From: Candidatus Minusculum obligatum
Lineage (GTDB): Bacteria > Patescibacteriota > Minisyncoccia > Phycocordibacterales > Phycocordibacteraceae
DNA: 50,959 nt
Assembly: GCA_002331145.1 (NCBI GenBank)
Contig: DCYT01000001.1
Coordinates: 1 to 50,959, forward strand
Reading direction: 5' to 3'
A program made the translations under genes and the position numbers. The notes below the pieces were generated by a model. That model worked only from the letters and a program-made list of their open reading frames with translations. It was not told where the DNA came from and searched no databases. This document shows positions 24,871 to 32,231 of this stretch, in pieces (within the stretch, counting starts at the first letter, position 1; every line of letters starts with the position of its first letter).

Positions 24871-26916
24871 TTCTTTTCTGGTTAAATCCAAAATTATAGG
24901 CCTATTACTTCCAATCGCTTTACCGTGAACAACAGCATGATACTGCTTTAGTTTTTGTATATTTTTTATAAATTCTGTTCCTGTATAGTTGCTCATAAAC
25001 TCTTTTGTTGTTGTATCAAATGATTGAAGACATATCACGGTGTTGCATTGAGTTAATACAGTTTTTGATACGTTTGCCGATCGTTGGGCGATAACCAAGA
25101 GTCCGACACCGTATTTGCGTCCCTGAAGTGCAATTTGACTCATTCTACTTACAAGTTGCTTGTTGCTTCCATAATCTCCCATTTCGCCAAGAAAATTTGT
25201 TTCTGGAATAATGGTATGAGCTTCTTCAAGAACAATGCAAATTCGTTGATCTTCGTTATCTCTTGCAAGTTGAAATATTTCACCCAGGAAGATTTCTGTA
25301 TATGAAAGGATTGAAGTTGTCCCGGTAAAGCCAGGTAATTCAAACAGGCCAACATTATTGTCTGAGTCTTGCAAGAATGTTTCAATTCGGTTTTTTACTC
25401 TCTTTTTAATTTGGTCTTTGACAGTTGCTATTCCAGACTTGTTTTGAGCATTAGGTGATTTTTTGCTTTCCTCTTCTATATAATTGAATCTTTTTTCAGC
25501 AAAAGTTTTTGACGCATCATCTATAATTTCTACAGGGTTCAGCGAAGTAAGTTTTTCTTTGTATTCTCCTGTAAAATCTATACAGACAACCTTCATTTCT
25601 TTCTCAATTTCTGATATAAGTTCATGAGCAAGAAAAGATTTTCCTGACCCTGTAACTCCAAGTAGGGCAGTGTGGTGTGTTACGGCAGAAATTAAATCAA
25701 TAAAAACAGGTATTTTAATTTTTGGAATGAATCCAAGAGTATGTTCAATACGCCTCTCATCTTTTATGGGTTTTGGGTTATATTTATCGACCTGAGGAAA
25801 TTTAACAAGTTGATTTAGTTGTGGTGTCCATCCGTAAGGTTCAAATGTTCTATCTTTTTCATTGTAAAACCCAAGTTGTTCTGCGTGGGCAAAAATACCT
25901 CTTCTCGATATATTCTGAGCGAGTTCTTCGGTAGAGGTGGTTGCATCTATTATTTGGTAAAGAACCTCCCTCTCTTCTTTTTTGTTGTCCTTCGAATAAG
26001 AAATATCGACAACAACAACATCTCCTTCCTCTAAAGTACCCTCTGTAGAAGGGAACGGTTCAAATATTATTCTGTTAACATTAGAGCCGTCAGAAATTTT
26101 TCCAATAATACTCGAAGCTTTGTTTTTTGCGGCAATTTTAACAGACCGTTGTTTGCCTAAAATAATTTTAGAACCGTTAATGAGTATTGCTTCTGCAATA
26201 ATATCTTTATCAAGCGCCAGTAGATTTGTAATAACAAAATTACGTGTACTATTATTTTTATCCAGAACTTCAATGACAGTTCCTTCTGACAACCTCTCAT
26301 TTAACCTAAGTTTGATTGTAGTTTCACCCTGGATGGCGATAATGCTTCCAACAATACCATCTTCTTTTTCCTCAGAAACAAGATATTTTGAGAAGAAATC
26401 AATTATTTTATGTATCTCTTTTGCAAAGAGGGCAATTACAAAAGCAATTGTTAGTGCAGCAATTGATTCATTAGGGATTGTTTCTGCTGTTGTTAAGAAG
26501 AGTAAGAAGGCGAGAGGATACAGAACTCTAGACGCGCCAGCGCTACCAACAGCTTTTCTGAGAAAGTTAAGAATGTCAGAATCTTTTTCTTGTAGTGCTT
26601 TTAATATAAATGAAAGGATAAGAAGTATAGATACAAGAAGTACAAAAGGAAGCCAAAAATAAAATATTGCTGTACCTATAAATATTTCTGATTGGCTAAG
26701 TAGTAAAAGTAAAACTGCAAAAGTGTTGGCTAAGGCGGTTGCAGGAGAAGTGTAATATTGTTCAATAAAAAATGCCGCTATTATTAGCGGCAGAAATGCT
26801 AGAAAGAAAGTATTTGAAAGCCCAAGCAGAAAAAGACCTGTTGCTACAAAAATAATAGCTATCAAAATACGTAGGAAAATCTTTAAATTTTGTTCTTGAA
26901 TTTCTAGAAACTCCAT
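24817..26916 (-). CDS. membrane-anchored HerA/FtsK-superfamily (DUF87-like) ATPase
   Basis: 699 aa. About 5-6 TM helices in residues 1-175. Beta-rich barrel-like region at about 185-370. Walker A GVTGSGKS (420-427), Walker B ICIVLEEAH (559-567) and the HerA-like LLVIAQRSANVSKTVLTQCNTVICLQ. Acidic C-terminal tail. Confidence 0.85.
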   Translation of the reverse strand: MEFLEIQEQNLKIFLRILIAIIFVATGLFLLGLSNTFFLAFLPLIIAAFFIEQYYTSPATALANTFAVLLLLLSQSEIFIGTAIFYFWLPFVLLVSILLILSFILKALQEKDSDILNFLRKAVGSAGASRVLYPLAFLLFLTTAETIPNESIAALTIAFVIALFAKEIHKIIDFFSKYLVSEEKEDGIVGSIIAIQGETTIKLRLNERLSEGTVIEVLDKNNSTRNFVITNLLALDKDIIAEAILINGSKIILGKQRSVKIAAKNKASSIIGKISDGSNVNRIIFEPFPSTEGTLEEGDVVVVDISYSKDNKKEEREVLYQIIDATTSTEELAQNISRRGIFAHAEQLGFYNEKDRTFEPYGWTPQLNQLVKFPQVDKYNPKPIKDERRIEHTLGFIPKIKIPVFIDLISAVTHHTALLGVTGSGKSFLAHELISEIEKEMKVVCIDFTGEYKEKLTSLNPVEIIDDASKTFAEKRFNYIEEESKKSPNAQNKSGIATVKDQIKKRVKNRIETFLQDSDNNVGLFELPGFTGTTSILSYTEIFLGEIFQLARDNEDQRICIVLEEAHTIIPETNFLGEMGDYGSNKQLVSRMSQIALQGRKYGVGLLVIAQRSANVSKTVLTQCNTVICLQSFDTTTKEFMSNYTGTEFIKNIQKLKQYHAVVHGKAIGSNRPIILDLTRKESEEEVAKDDKDDDNKKD

Positions 26917-27101
26917 ATTGTTTGTTTAGTATGATGTTTTTGGAAAATAAAGGCAAGAAAGCTTTTTCTAATCTAAGTTGGTAGTTAAAATGTGAGTTTG
27001 TTTGAAATGGTGCAGTTTTGTTCTAAATCTTTTTGCTGAAACGTTAAATCTTTCCCAATCTTTCATTTCTTTTATTAATTGGTTCCAATTTCGTCCCACT
27101 T

Positions 27102-27115
27102 GGGTCACAAATTTA
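27102..27115 (+). repeat. right att core copy (GGGTCACAAATTTA)
   Basis: 13/14 match to 22301-22314. It sits where the AT-rich block ends. Confidence 0.6.
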
Positions 27116-27123
27116 TGAAAACA

Positions 27124-27151
27124 GCACGTAGTATTTACTACGTGCGGTTTT
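27124..27151 (+). terminator. intrinsic terminator, probably the original tRNA-Glu terminator displaced by the insertion
   Basis: GCACGTAGTA-TT-TACTACGTGC followed by GGTTTT. There is no plus-strand gene immediately upstream in the present arrangement. Confidence 0.6.
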
Positions 27152-27193
27152 CATTGTATAAAGCTTTTAGAAGTGAAGACTAAGGAGGCGAAT

Positions 27194-27817
27194 ATGTTTG
27201 TATACACTGTCGCTTTCTTTGCGACATTACCGCTACGAGTTGGAATTATTTGGAGAAATTTTCAATGCTGGCGCTTTGGGAAAGTTGCTCGAAAGCAAGA
27301 AGATCGTATCTACGAACTCAGTAAACATGTTCTTAATAGTTTTATCTCGGAAGATAAAACTATTAATTATATTGAATACCACTCACAACTTTCTTTGGGT
27401 TACCCAACAAAAGAAAATGGAGAGCGGTTTTCAGAGATATGTTGGGAAGCACCCATTTGCTTTACAATCTTCCATAATGACAAGCCGCTGGTTGGCATGG
27501 GCTTAGAGTTTCGAGGCTCAGCACTGTGCATATGGCAGCTTCAGGGTGTTCGTGGCGCAAAAGTACCAGAGACCATTCGTAAATGGCCAGCACTTTTTGT
27601 GGAGGGCGCAAAGAAATTTGCGTCAGAAACAAAAGAAATACGTTCAGTTCGAGTTTACGCAGCTGATCAACGTATTTCATACAGGTTTCCAGAAGGAGAT
27701 TTGAGTGAAGCGGATATGTGCAGGCACCAGAGAAATTTACGCCGTCGCTATGATGGCACTGCCAGACAGCAAGGTTTCAAAAAAGTATCAAAAAGGTATT
27801 GGGAGTGGAAAGGGTAA
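27194..27817 (+). CDS. hypothetical protein
   Basis: 207 aa from the ATG at 27194, with AAGGAGG 5 nt upstream. The track ORF uses a GTG at 27173. I recognise no motif. Confidence 0.7.
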   Translation: MFVYTVAFFATLPLRVGIIWRNFQCWRFGKVARKQEDRIYELSKHVLNSFISEDKTINYIEYHSQLSLGYPTKENGERFSEICWEAPICFTIFHNDKPLVGMGLEFRGSALCIWQLQGVRGAKVPETIRKWPALFVEGAKKFASETKEIRSVRVYAADQRISYRFPEGDLSEADMCRHQRNLRRRYDGTARQQGFKKVSKRYWEWKG

Positions 27818-27846
27818 GGACCGCATGTATTTGCGGTCCTTTTTTC
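27817..27846. terminator. bidirectional intrinsic terminator
   Basis: AGGACCGCA-TGTATT-TGCGGTCCT followed by TTTTT, between convergent ORFs. Confidence 0.85.
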
Positions 27847-27855
27847 TGGTCATTG

Positions 27856-28035
27856 TCAGTAACGAACAATGGTTGCGCCGTACACATGAAGAGTTGGCTG
27901 CCTTGCTTCTCGAAAACTTCGATGGAAGGCAGCACTGTCTTCAATTCGCTTGGCGGCAAGCCTAACAAGTTCTGTATTTTGCTCAAGCGTTCTGTCCTGC
28001 GCAGCCTTTTGGAGGCCTTCTCCAATTTTTGCCAT
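27856..28035 (-). CDS. small 59-aa ORF absent from the ORF track
   Basis: The ATG at 28035 is preceded by GAGGAGA 6 nt upstream. Translates to MAKIGEGLQKAAQDRTLEQNTELVRLAAKRIEDSAAFHRSFREARQPTLHVYGATIVRY. The stop lies 10 nt before the shared terminator. Confidence 0.5.
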   Translation of the reverse strand: MAKIGEGLQKAAQDRTLEQNTELVRLAAKRIEDSAAFHRSFREARQPTLHVYGATIVRY

Positions 28036-28081
28036 CTGGTGTCTCCTCTAAATCTTTTCTGATACTACAACAAGAGATAGT

Positions 28082-29053
28082 TTGTTACAATTTCCCCATA
28101 TGATCGCAGGACTTGGAATATGGGGATTTGTACTGGTGATGTCACTAGTAGTTCTTGTAAAAGGTGCAGACTCTTTTATTAACTCTGCAGAGAAGATAGG
28201 GAAGGCATTTAAGCTTTCTCCATTTGTAATTGGAGTATTGCTTGTTGGTATCGGAACCTCACTTCCTGAATTTGCCAGTGGTGTTGCAGCTTTGCTTGCA
28301 GGAAATGTGGAAATTATTGCCGCCAATGCTATTGGATCAAACATAACTAACATTCTGCTTATTGTTGGAATCCTTGCAGTTCTTGCAAAGAAGTTTGTTA
28401 TTAAACAAGATCTTCTGGCATCAGAGCTTTCTTTGTTTGTAGTTTCGACATCTCTTTTCATTGGAGTTGCATTTGATGGGGTCATTACAATTCTTGAGTC
28501 ATCGCTTCTTGCCATTGGATTTATCATCTACCTTTTTTATATTCTTTTTGGAAACGATAAAGATGCTCCAGCAACTGCAAAATACAAAGCAGAGCTTGAG
28601 ACAGGGAAGGTGACAAAAGGAACTATTGTTGCCTTTGTTCTGGGTCTTGGAGGAGTTATTTTAGGGGCACGTTTTCTCATTGAGTCTGTAGTATCCATCT
28701 CAGACATTCTAGGAATTGGAACAGGAGTTATTGCTATTACTATTGTGGCGCTTGGAACTTCATTGCCTGAGTTATTTGTGTCACTTTCTGCATTACGCGG
28801 CGGAAGTACAGAGGTTGCTATTGGAAACATTTTTGGATCAAATGCCTTCAACCTCCTTTTCGCGGTTGGAGTGCCAGGTCTTTTCTCAACACTTCCTCTT
28901 GATCCAAAGACTTTGAGTATTGGAATTCCAATTCTTGCTGTTGCTTCATTTATTTTTGTAATTACAGGTATAGCTCAACGTATTTATAGATGGGAAGGGC
29001 TCATGTTCCTTGTCTACTATGCATTCTTCGTAATAAAAGTTATTGGTTTTTAG
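28082..29053 (+). CDS. Ca2+/Na+ antiporter (CaCA/YrbG family)
   Basis: About 10 TM helices with two alpha-repeat signatures, GTSLPEF and GTSLPEL. The start may instead be the ATG at 28100. Confidence 0.85.
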   Translation: MLQFPHMIAGLGIWGFVLVMSLVVLVKGADSFINSAEKIGKAFKLSPFVIGVLLVGIGTSLPEFASGVAALLAGNVEIIAANAIGSNITNILLIVGILAVLAKKFVIKQDLLASELSLFVVSTSLFIGVAFDGVITILESSLLAIGFIIYLFYILFGNDKDAPATAKYKAELETGKVTKGTIVAFVLGLGGVILGARFLIESVVSISDILGIGTGVIAITIVALGTSLPELFVSLSALRGGSTEVAIGNIFGSNAFNLLFAVGVPGLFSTLPLDPKTLSIGIPILAVASFIFVITGIAQRIYRWEGLMFLVYYAFFVIKVIGF

Positions 29054-29071
29054 TGTGGTACTCTAGAAGAA

Positions 29072-30250
29072 ATGCACATTTTCTCTAAGAACCTCTGGAC
29101 GCTTTTTGGTAGCCGACTCATAACCCATGCAGGGCTCTCTCTGATGGGGGTGTTCCTTCCCACTTTTATTTATCTTGAGTATGGAGGGTCTCTTCAAGTT
29201 GTGGTGTGGGCATTTATTGCAGGATTTGCACTTCATTTCCTCCTAACGCCACTCTCTGCAAAGCTTATTAAGAGTGTGGGGATGAAAAAGCTCATGATTA
29301 TTGCGCTTGTTCCATTTCTTGCAGCTGCCCTTACCGCGCTTGCGTTTTGGGAATACAATCCAACACTGATGCTTATCATCTATATGCTTGCGTGGGCAGG
29401 GTATAGAGCACTGTATTGGGTCCCATATCACGTAGAGGTTGCAGAGTCCTTAGATAGTGAGCACAGAGGAAGGCAGGTTTCTGTTTTTACAAATCTAAGC
29501 GCTGTTGTTTCAGTTATTGCTCCATTTATCGGAGGAGTACTTATTGAGTATTTTGGATTCTCTTGGGTCTTTATTGCAGGAATTGTTTTGGTAGTTATGG
29601 CAGCGGCTCCGCTGTTCTTTATGGAGGAAATACATGAAGAGTATTCATTTAAATATATTGAAAGTTTTAAAGATCTGTTCAAAAAAGAGAAGAGAGGTTT
29701 GTTTTATGCATATGCAGGTGATGGGGCGCAGACGGTAGTGGCACTTGTGTTCTGGCCAATCTTTATTTATCTCATTCTTGATGGAAACTTTGCAGCAGTT
29801 GGAGCAGTGTCTTCTTTGGTAGTGCTTGCGACAATTGTTTTGGCTTCATTTGCAGGAGAGCTTGTCGATCGTATTTCTCGTACGCAAGTAATTATCATCA
29901 GTACCATTATTTACACAACAGGATGGTTCCTTAAAAGTTTTGCAAGCACAGCGCTCCACATCTTCCTCTTTGATGCATATCACAATGCAGGAAAGGCAGT
30001 AAATCGAGTTGCTTTTGATGTAGGAAGCTACACGCACCTTGCAGATAATGGGCACTATGTTGATGAGTACACAGCATTTAAGGAGATGGCGCTCAATCTT
30101 GGGCGAATTGCAATGCTCATGTTTGGTGGATTCCTAGCACTCTTGTTTGGTATAAAAGTTGCTTTCATCCTTGCTGCATTTGCATCTCTTACTATGGTTT
30201 TGGTAAACTCAGCGCTCAAGAAGCATGATACTGCTCGTAGACAAACCTAA
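29072..30250 (+). CDS. MFS-type transporter
   Basis: 392 aa with about 12 predicted TM helices in two halves separated by a charged loop (EEIHEEYSFKYIESFKDLFKKEKR). Confidence 0.65.
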   Translation: MHIFSKNLWTLFGSRLITHAGLSLMGVFLPTFIYLEYGGSLQVVVWAFIAGFALHFLLTPLSAKLIKSVGMKKLMIIALVPFLAAALTALAFWEYNPTLMLIIYMLAWAGYRALYWVPYHVEVAESLDSEHRGRQVSVFTNLSAVVSVIAPFIGGVLIEYFGFSWVFIAGIVLVVMAAAPLFFMEEIHEEYSFKYIESFKDLFKKEKRGLFYAYAGDGAQTVVALVFWPIFIYLILDGNFAAVGAVSSLVVLATIVLASFAGELVDRISRTQVIIISTIIYTTGWFLKSFASTALHIFLFDAYHNAGKAVNRVAFDVGSYTHLADNGHYVDEYTAFKEMALNLGRIAMLMFGGFLALLFGIKVAFILAAFASLTMVLVNSALKKHDTARRQT

Positions 30251-30863
30251 AGGCATTACCTCATTTGATGTTATTCGGAAGCTTCGCAAAGAGCTTAATA
30301 TTCGCAAGATGGGGCATGCTGGAACATTAGATCCGCTTGCAAGTGGTCTTTTAATAATTGCCACAGAAACAGATACAAAAAAACTGGATCAGTTTTTAAA
30401 ACTTCCAAAGACGTATGAAGTTGCAGTTCGAATAGGGGAGAAGCGAAGCACGGGAGATCTAGAGGGAGAAATTTTAGAGAAGGTAGAGGTATCTGATATT
30501 AGTGAAGAGAAAGTAAAGGAGGTGCTTGATGGTTTTGTAAAAGTGCACACTCTTACTGTCCCAATGTATTCAGCGATTAAAGTAGATGGGAAACCTTTGT
30601 ATTGGTATGCAAGGAATGGAGTAAAGGTAGAGGCTCCGGAGAAAGATATGGAGGTAACAGACGTGAAGCTTTTAAATATAGAAAAGGGTGAAGATTTTGT
30701 AACGATTAATTTAGAACTCGCTGTTACGAGTGGTACGTACATAAGAGCTCTTGCAGAAAAGTTTGGAGAGTTACTTGGGTATCCTGCAACAACAGCAGAG
30801 CTAAGAAGGGCTGTAATAGGGGAGTATAAAGTGGAGGATGCAAAGAAAATAGCCGCAGATTAA
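30225..30863 (+). CDS. truB: tRNA pseudouridine(55) synthase
   Basis: ILLVDKPKGITSFDV and the catalytic Asp motif GHAGTLDPLASGLL. Confidence 0.95.
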   Translation: MILLVDKPKGITSFDVIRKLRKELNIRKMGHAGTLDPLASGLLIIATETDTKKLDQFLKLPKTYEVAVRIGEKRSTGDLEGEILEKVEVSDISEEKVKEVLDGFVKVHTLTVPMYSAIKVDGKPLYWYARNGVKVEAPEKDMEVTDVKLLNIEKGEDFVTINLELAVTSGTYIRALAEKFGELLGYPATTAELRRAVIGEYKVEDAKKIAAD

Positions 30864-30874
30864 ATAATCTACGG

Positions 30875-31438
30875 CTAGAAAAGTCCTGGCTGCTCGTCAC
30901 CTTTCACTGCAGCGGCCTTATGACCTTTTATCTCCTTGCGTCTACGTGTAGAGGTTGCTTTCTGGGCATTGATTCGTCGAATCATTGAAAGGAATTCACC
31001 TTGCTGCACATTGTGCTGCAAAGTTCCTTCCTCACGTCTCTTTGCAAGAAAGTCACTTGCAAAGTCGTCCTGCTCTCCACCACGGGGTCGCTTAGAAGAT
31101 CTTTGTTCACCCTCCACTTTTATCCGAAGAGAAATTCCTTTTCCGTACTGCCTGATACAGTTTTGGGCAAGTCTAAAAATATATTCTTCACGATGCGTTT
31201 CAAGCCGTATTGGTGTGGCGAAATAACGCTTCGTCTTTCTTTTCGGTTGCTTTGGAACGTGCTCAAAGTATTCAAGCTCACCGATAATATCATCAGCAAG
31301 CCTTTCAATACTTTCTGTTCCGTATACACGCATATTCAGAACTAATTTCTGAATGTAGATGCGAAGAGCGTGTGGGTCTTTCGGGAAGCTGCCTTTTTTA
31401 ATGGCAGCGTCCACAAAGTCTTGTAGTTCGCGTGCCAT
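30875..31438 (-). CDS. hypothetical basic protein
   Basis: 187 aa from MARELQDF, with GGAGA 5 nt upstream. Lys/Arg-rich C-terminal half. No recognised motif. Confidence 0.55.
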   Translation of the reverse strand: MARELQDFVDAAIKKGSFPKDPHALRIYIQKLVLNMRVYGTESIERLADDIIGELEYFEHVPKQPKRKTKRYFATPIRLETHREEYIFRLAQNCIRQYGKGISLRIKVEGEQRSSKRPRGGEQDDFASDFLAKRREEGTLQHNVQQGEFLSMIRRINAQKATSTRRRKEIKGHKAAAVKGDEQPGLF

Positions 31439-31466
31439 GTTGGTCTCCATAGTAGGGAACAACGCA

Positions 31467-31670
31467 CTATGCAGTGCGCTGTCTGGGGCGAATTACCCCT
31501 CGTTCACGAAGTTTTGCAAGCACTTTGCGCTTGAGGTTATTAACATCCGGCTTGTGCCGAATACCAACCCCCTCAATTGCCTTGATTGCAGCCAGTGGCC
31601 AACCAACATGCTTTGCAAGTTTTTCTTTGCGCCGAATTGTTGCATCGGCAAGAGCATCAATGTTGGCCAA
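31467..31670 (-). CDS. hypothetical small protein (TTG start proposed)
   Basis: GGGAGG lies 5 nt upstream of the TTG at 31670, downstream of a near-consensus promoter. The longer track ORF (to 31736) would start inside the -35 region. Confidence 0.45.
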   Translation of the reverse strand: MANIDALADATIRRKEKLAKHVGWPLAAIKAIEGVGIRHKPDVNNLKRKVLAKLRERGVIRPRQRTA

Positions 31671-31706
31671 AATAGCCTCCCATTTCTGTATTGAACGTCT
31701 GCGTAT

Positions 31707-31736
31707 ATTATACCACCTAAATGACCAGCAGGTCAA
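31707..31736 (-). promoter_or_regulatory. near-consensus sigma70-type promoter
   Basis: The minus strand reads TTGACC-18 nt-TATAAT, immediately after the yqeY-like stop. Confidence 0.55.
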
Positions 31737-31739
31737 ATA

Positions 31740-32195
31740 TTATGCAAACAGACTGTCGATAACTTCTTTTACATCATTTCCATCTGCTTTTCCTTTTAGA
31801 TCTTGCATGACAGCTCCCATAAGCATTCCTGCTTTTGCTTTGTCATCAATTTGAAGTTGTTCTTTCTTTGCTTTAGCAACTTTCTCAATTTCTTCCTTGC
31901 TCATCATTTCAGGAAGGTATGCTTCTAGGATTGTGAGCTCTTCTCGCTCATGCTTTGCAAGATCTGGGCGATTTCCTCGCTCAAATTGCTCAATAGAATC
32001 TTTTCGCTGCTTTGAGGCACGAGTAATAACAGCAAGAGCTTTCTCGTCAGAGAGAATGCCATCAGGTTTTTCTTTTAGAGATACGAGTTCATTTGTAAAA
32101 GAAGTGAGTAGTGCTCGAAGAGTTCGAAGCTTTACCTCATCCTTTGCTTTCATTGCGTCCGGTAATTCCTTTTTCAGTGTTTCGTGGATTGTCAT
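31740..32195 (-). CDS. GatB/YqeY domain protein
   Basis: 151 aa. L..DL..AMKA.D...L..LR.L...I pattern at the N-terminus and a C-terminal G..MG.VM..LKGKADG. Confidence 0.85.
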   Translation of the reverse strand: MTIHETLKKELPDAMKAKDEVKLRTLRALLTSFTNELVSLKEKPDGILSDEKALAVITRASKQRKDSIEQFERGNRPDLAKHEREELTILEAYLPEMMSKEEIEKVAKAKKEQLQIDDKAKAGMLMGAVMQDLKGKADGNDVKEVIDSLFA

Positions 32196-32231
32196 AGGAA
32201 AATTTTAACACAAAGGCGGTATACTTCATCT

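Larger units (their letters stand above)
22301..27115. mobile_element. about 4.8 kb integrated element at the tRNA-Glu 3' end (serine-recombinase type)
   Basis: 13/14-nt direct repeat at both ends, an AT-rich interior, a large serine recombinase abutting the tRNA, and a displaced tRNA terminator just outside the right repeat. Confidence 0.7.

Noticed and set aside
26120-26662. 180-aa plus-strand ORF inside the ATPase gene.
   Set aside because: It is antisense to a well-supported CDS with clear motifs. Its composition is low-complexity Ser/Ile/Leu, typical of a shadow frame.
24817-26916. Calling the ATPase a VirB4- or T4CP-type conjugation ATPase.
   Set aside because: No other type IV secretion, relaxase or pilus genes are in the element. 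The post-Walker-B block looks HerA-like, so it is kept as a generic HerA/FtsK-superfamily ATPase.
27060-27101. Possible displaced copy of the tRNA-Glu T-arm and acceptor just left of the right-hand core.
   Set aside because: Beyond the 14-nt core the alignment to the tRNA is poor, with only scattered matches. AATTGGTTCCAATT is a different hairpin from the T-arm.
27777-28025. 82-aa minus-strand track ORF.
   Set aside because: It reads through the terminator hairpin at 27817-27846 into the 3' end of the convergent gene and lacks an RBS. The 59-aa ORF in another frame has a strong RBS and stops before the terminator.
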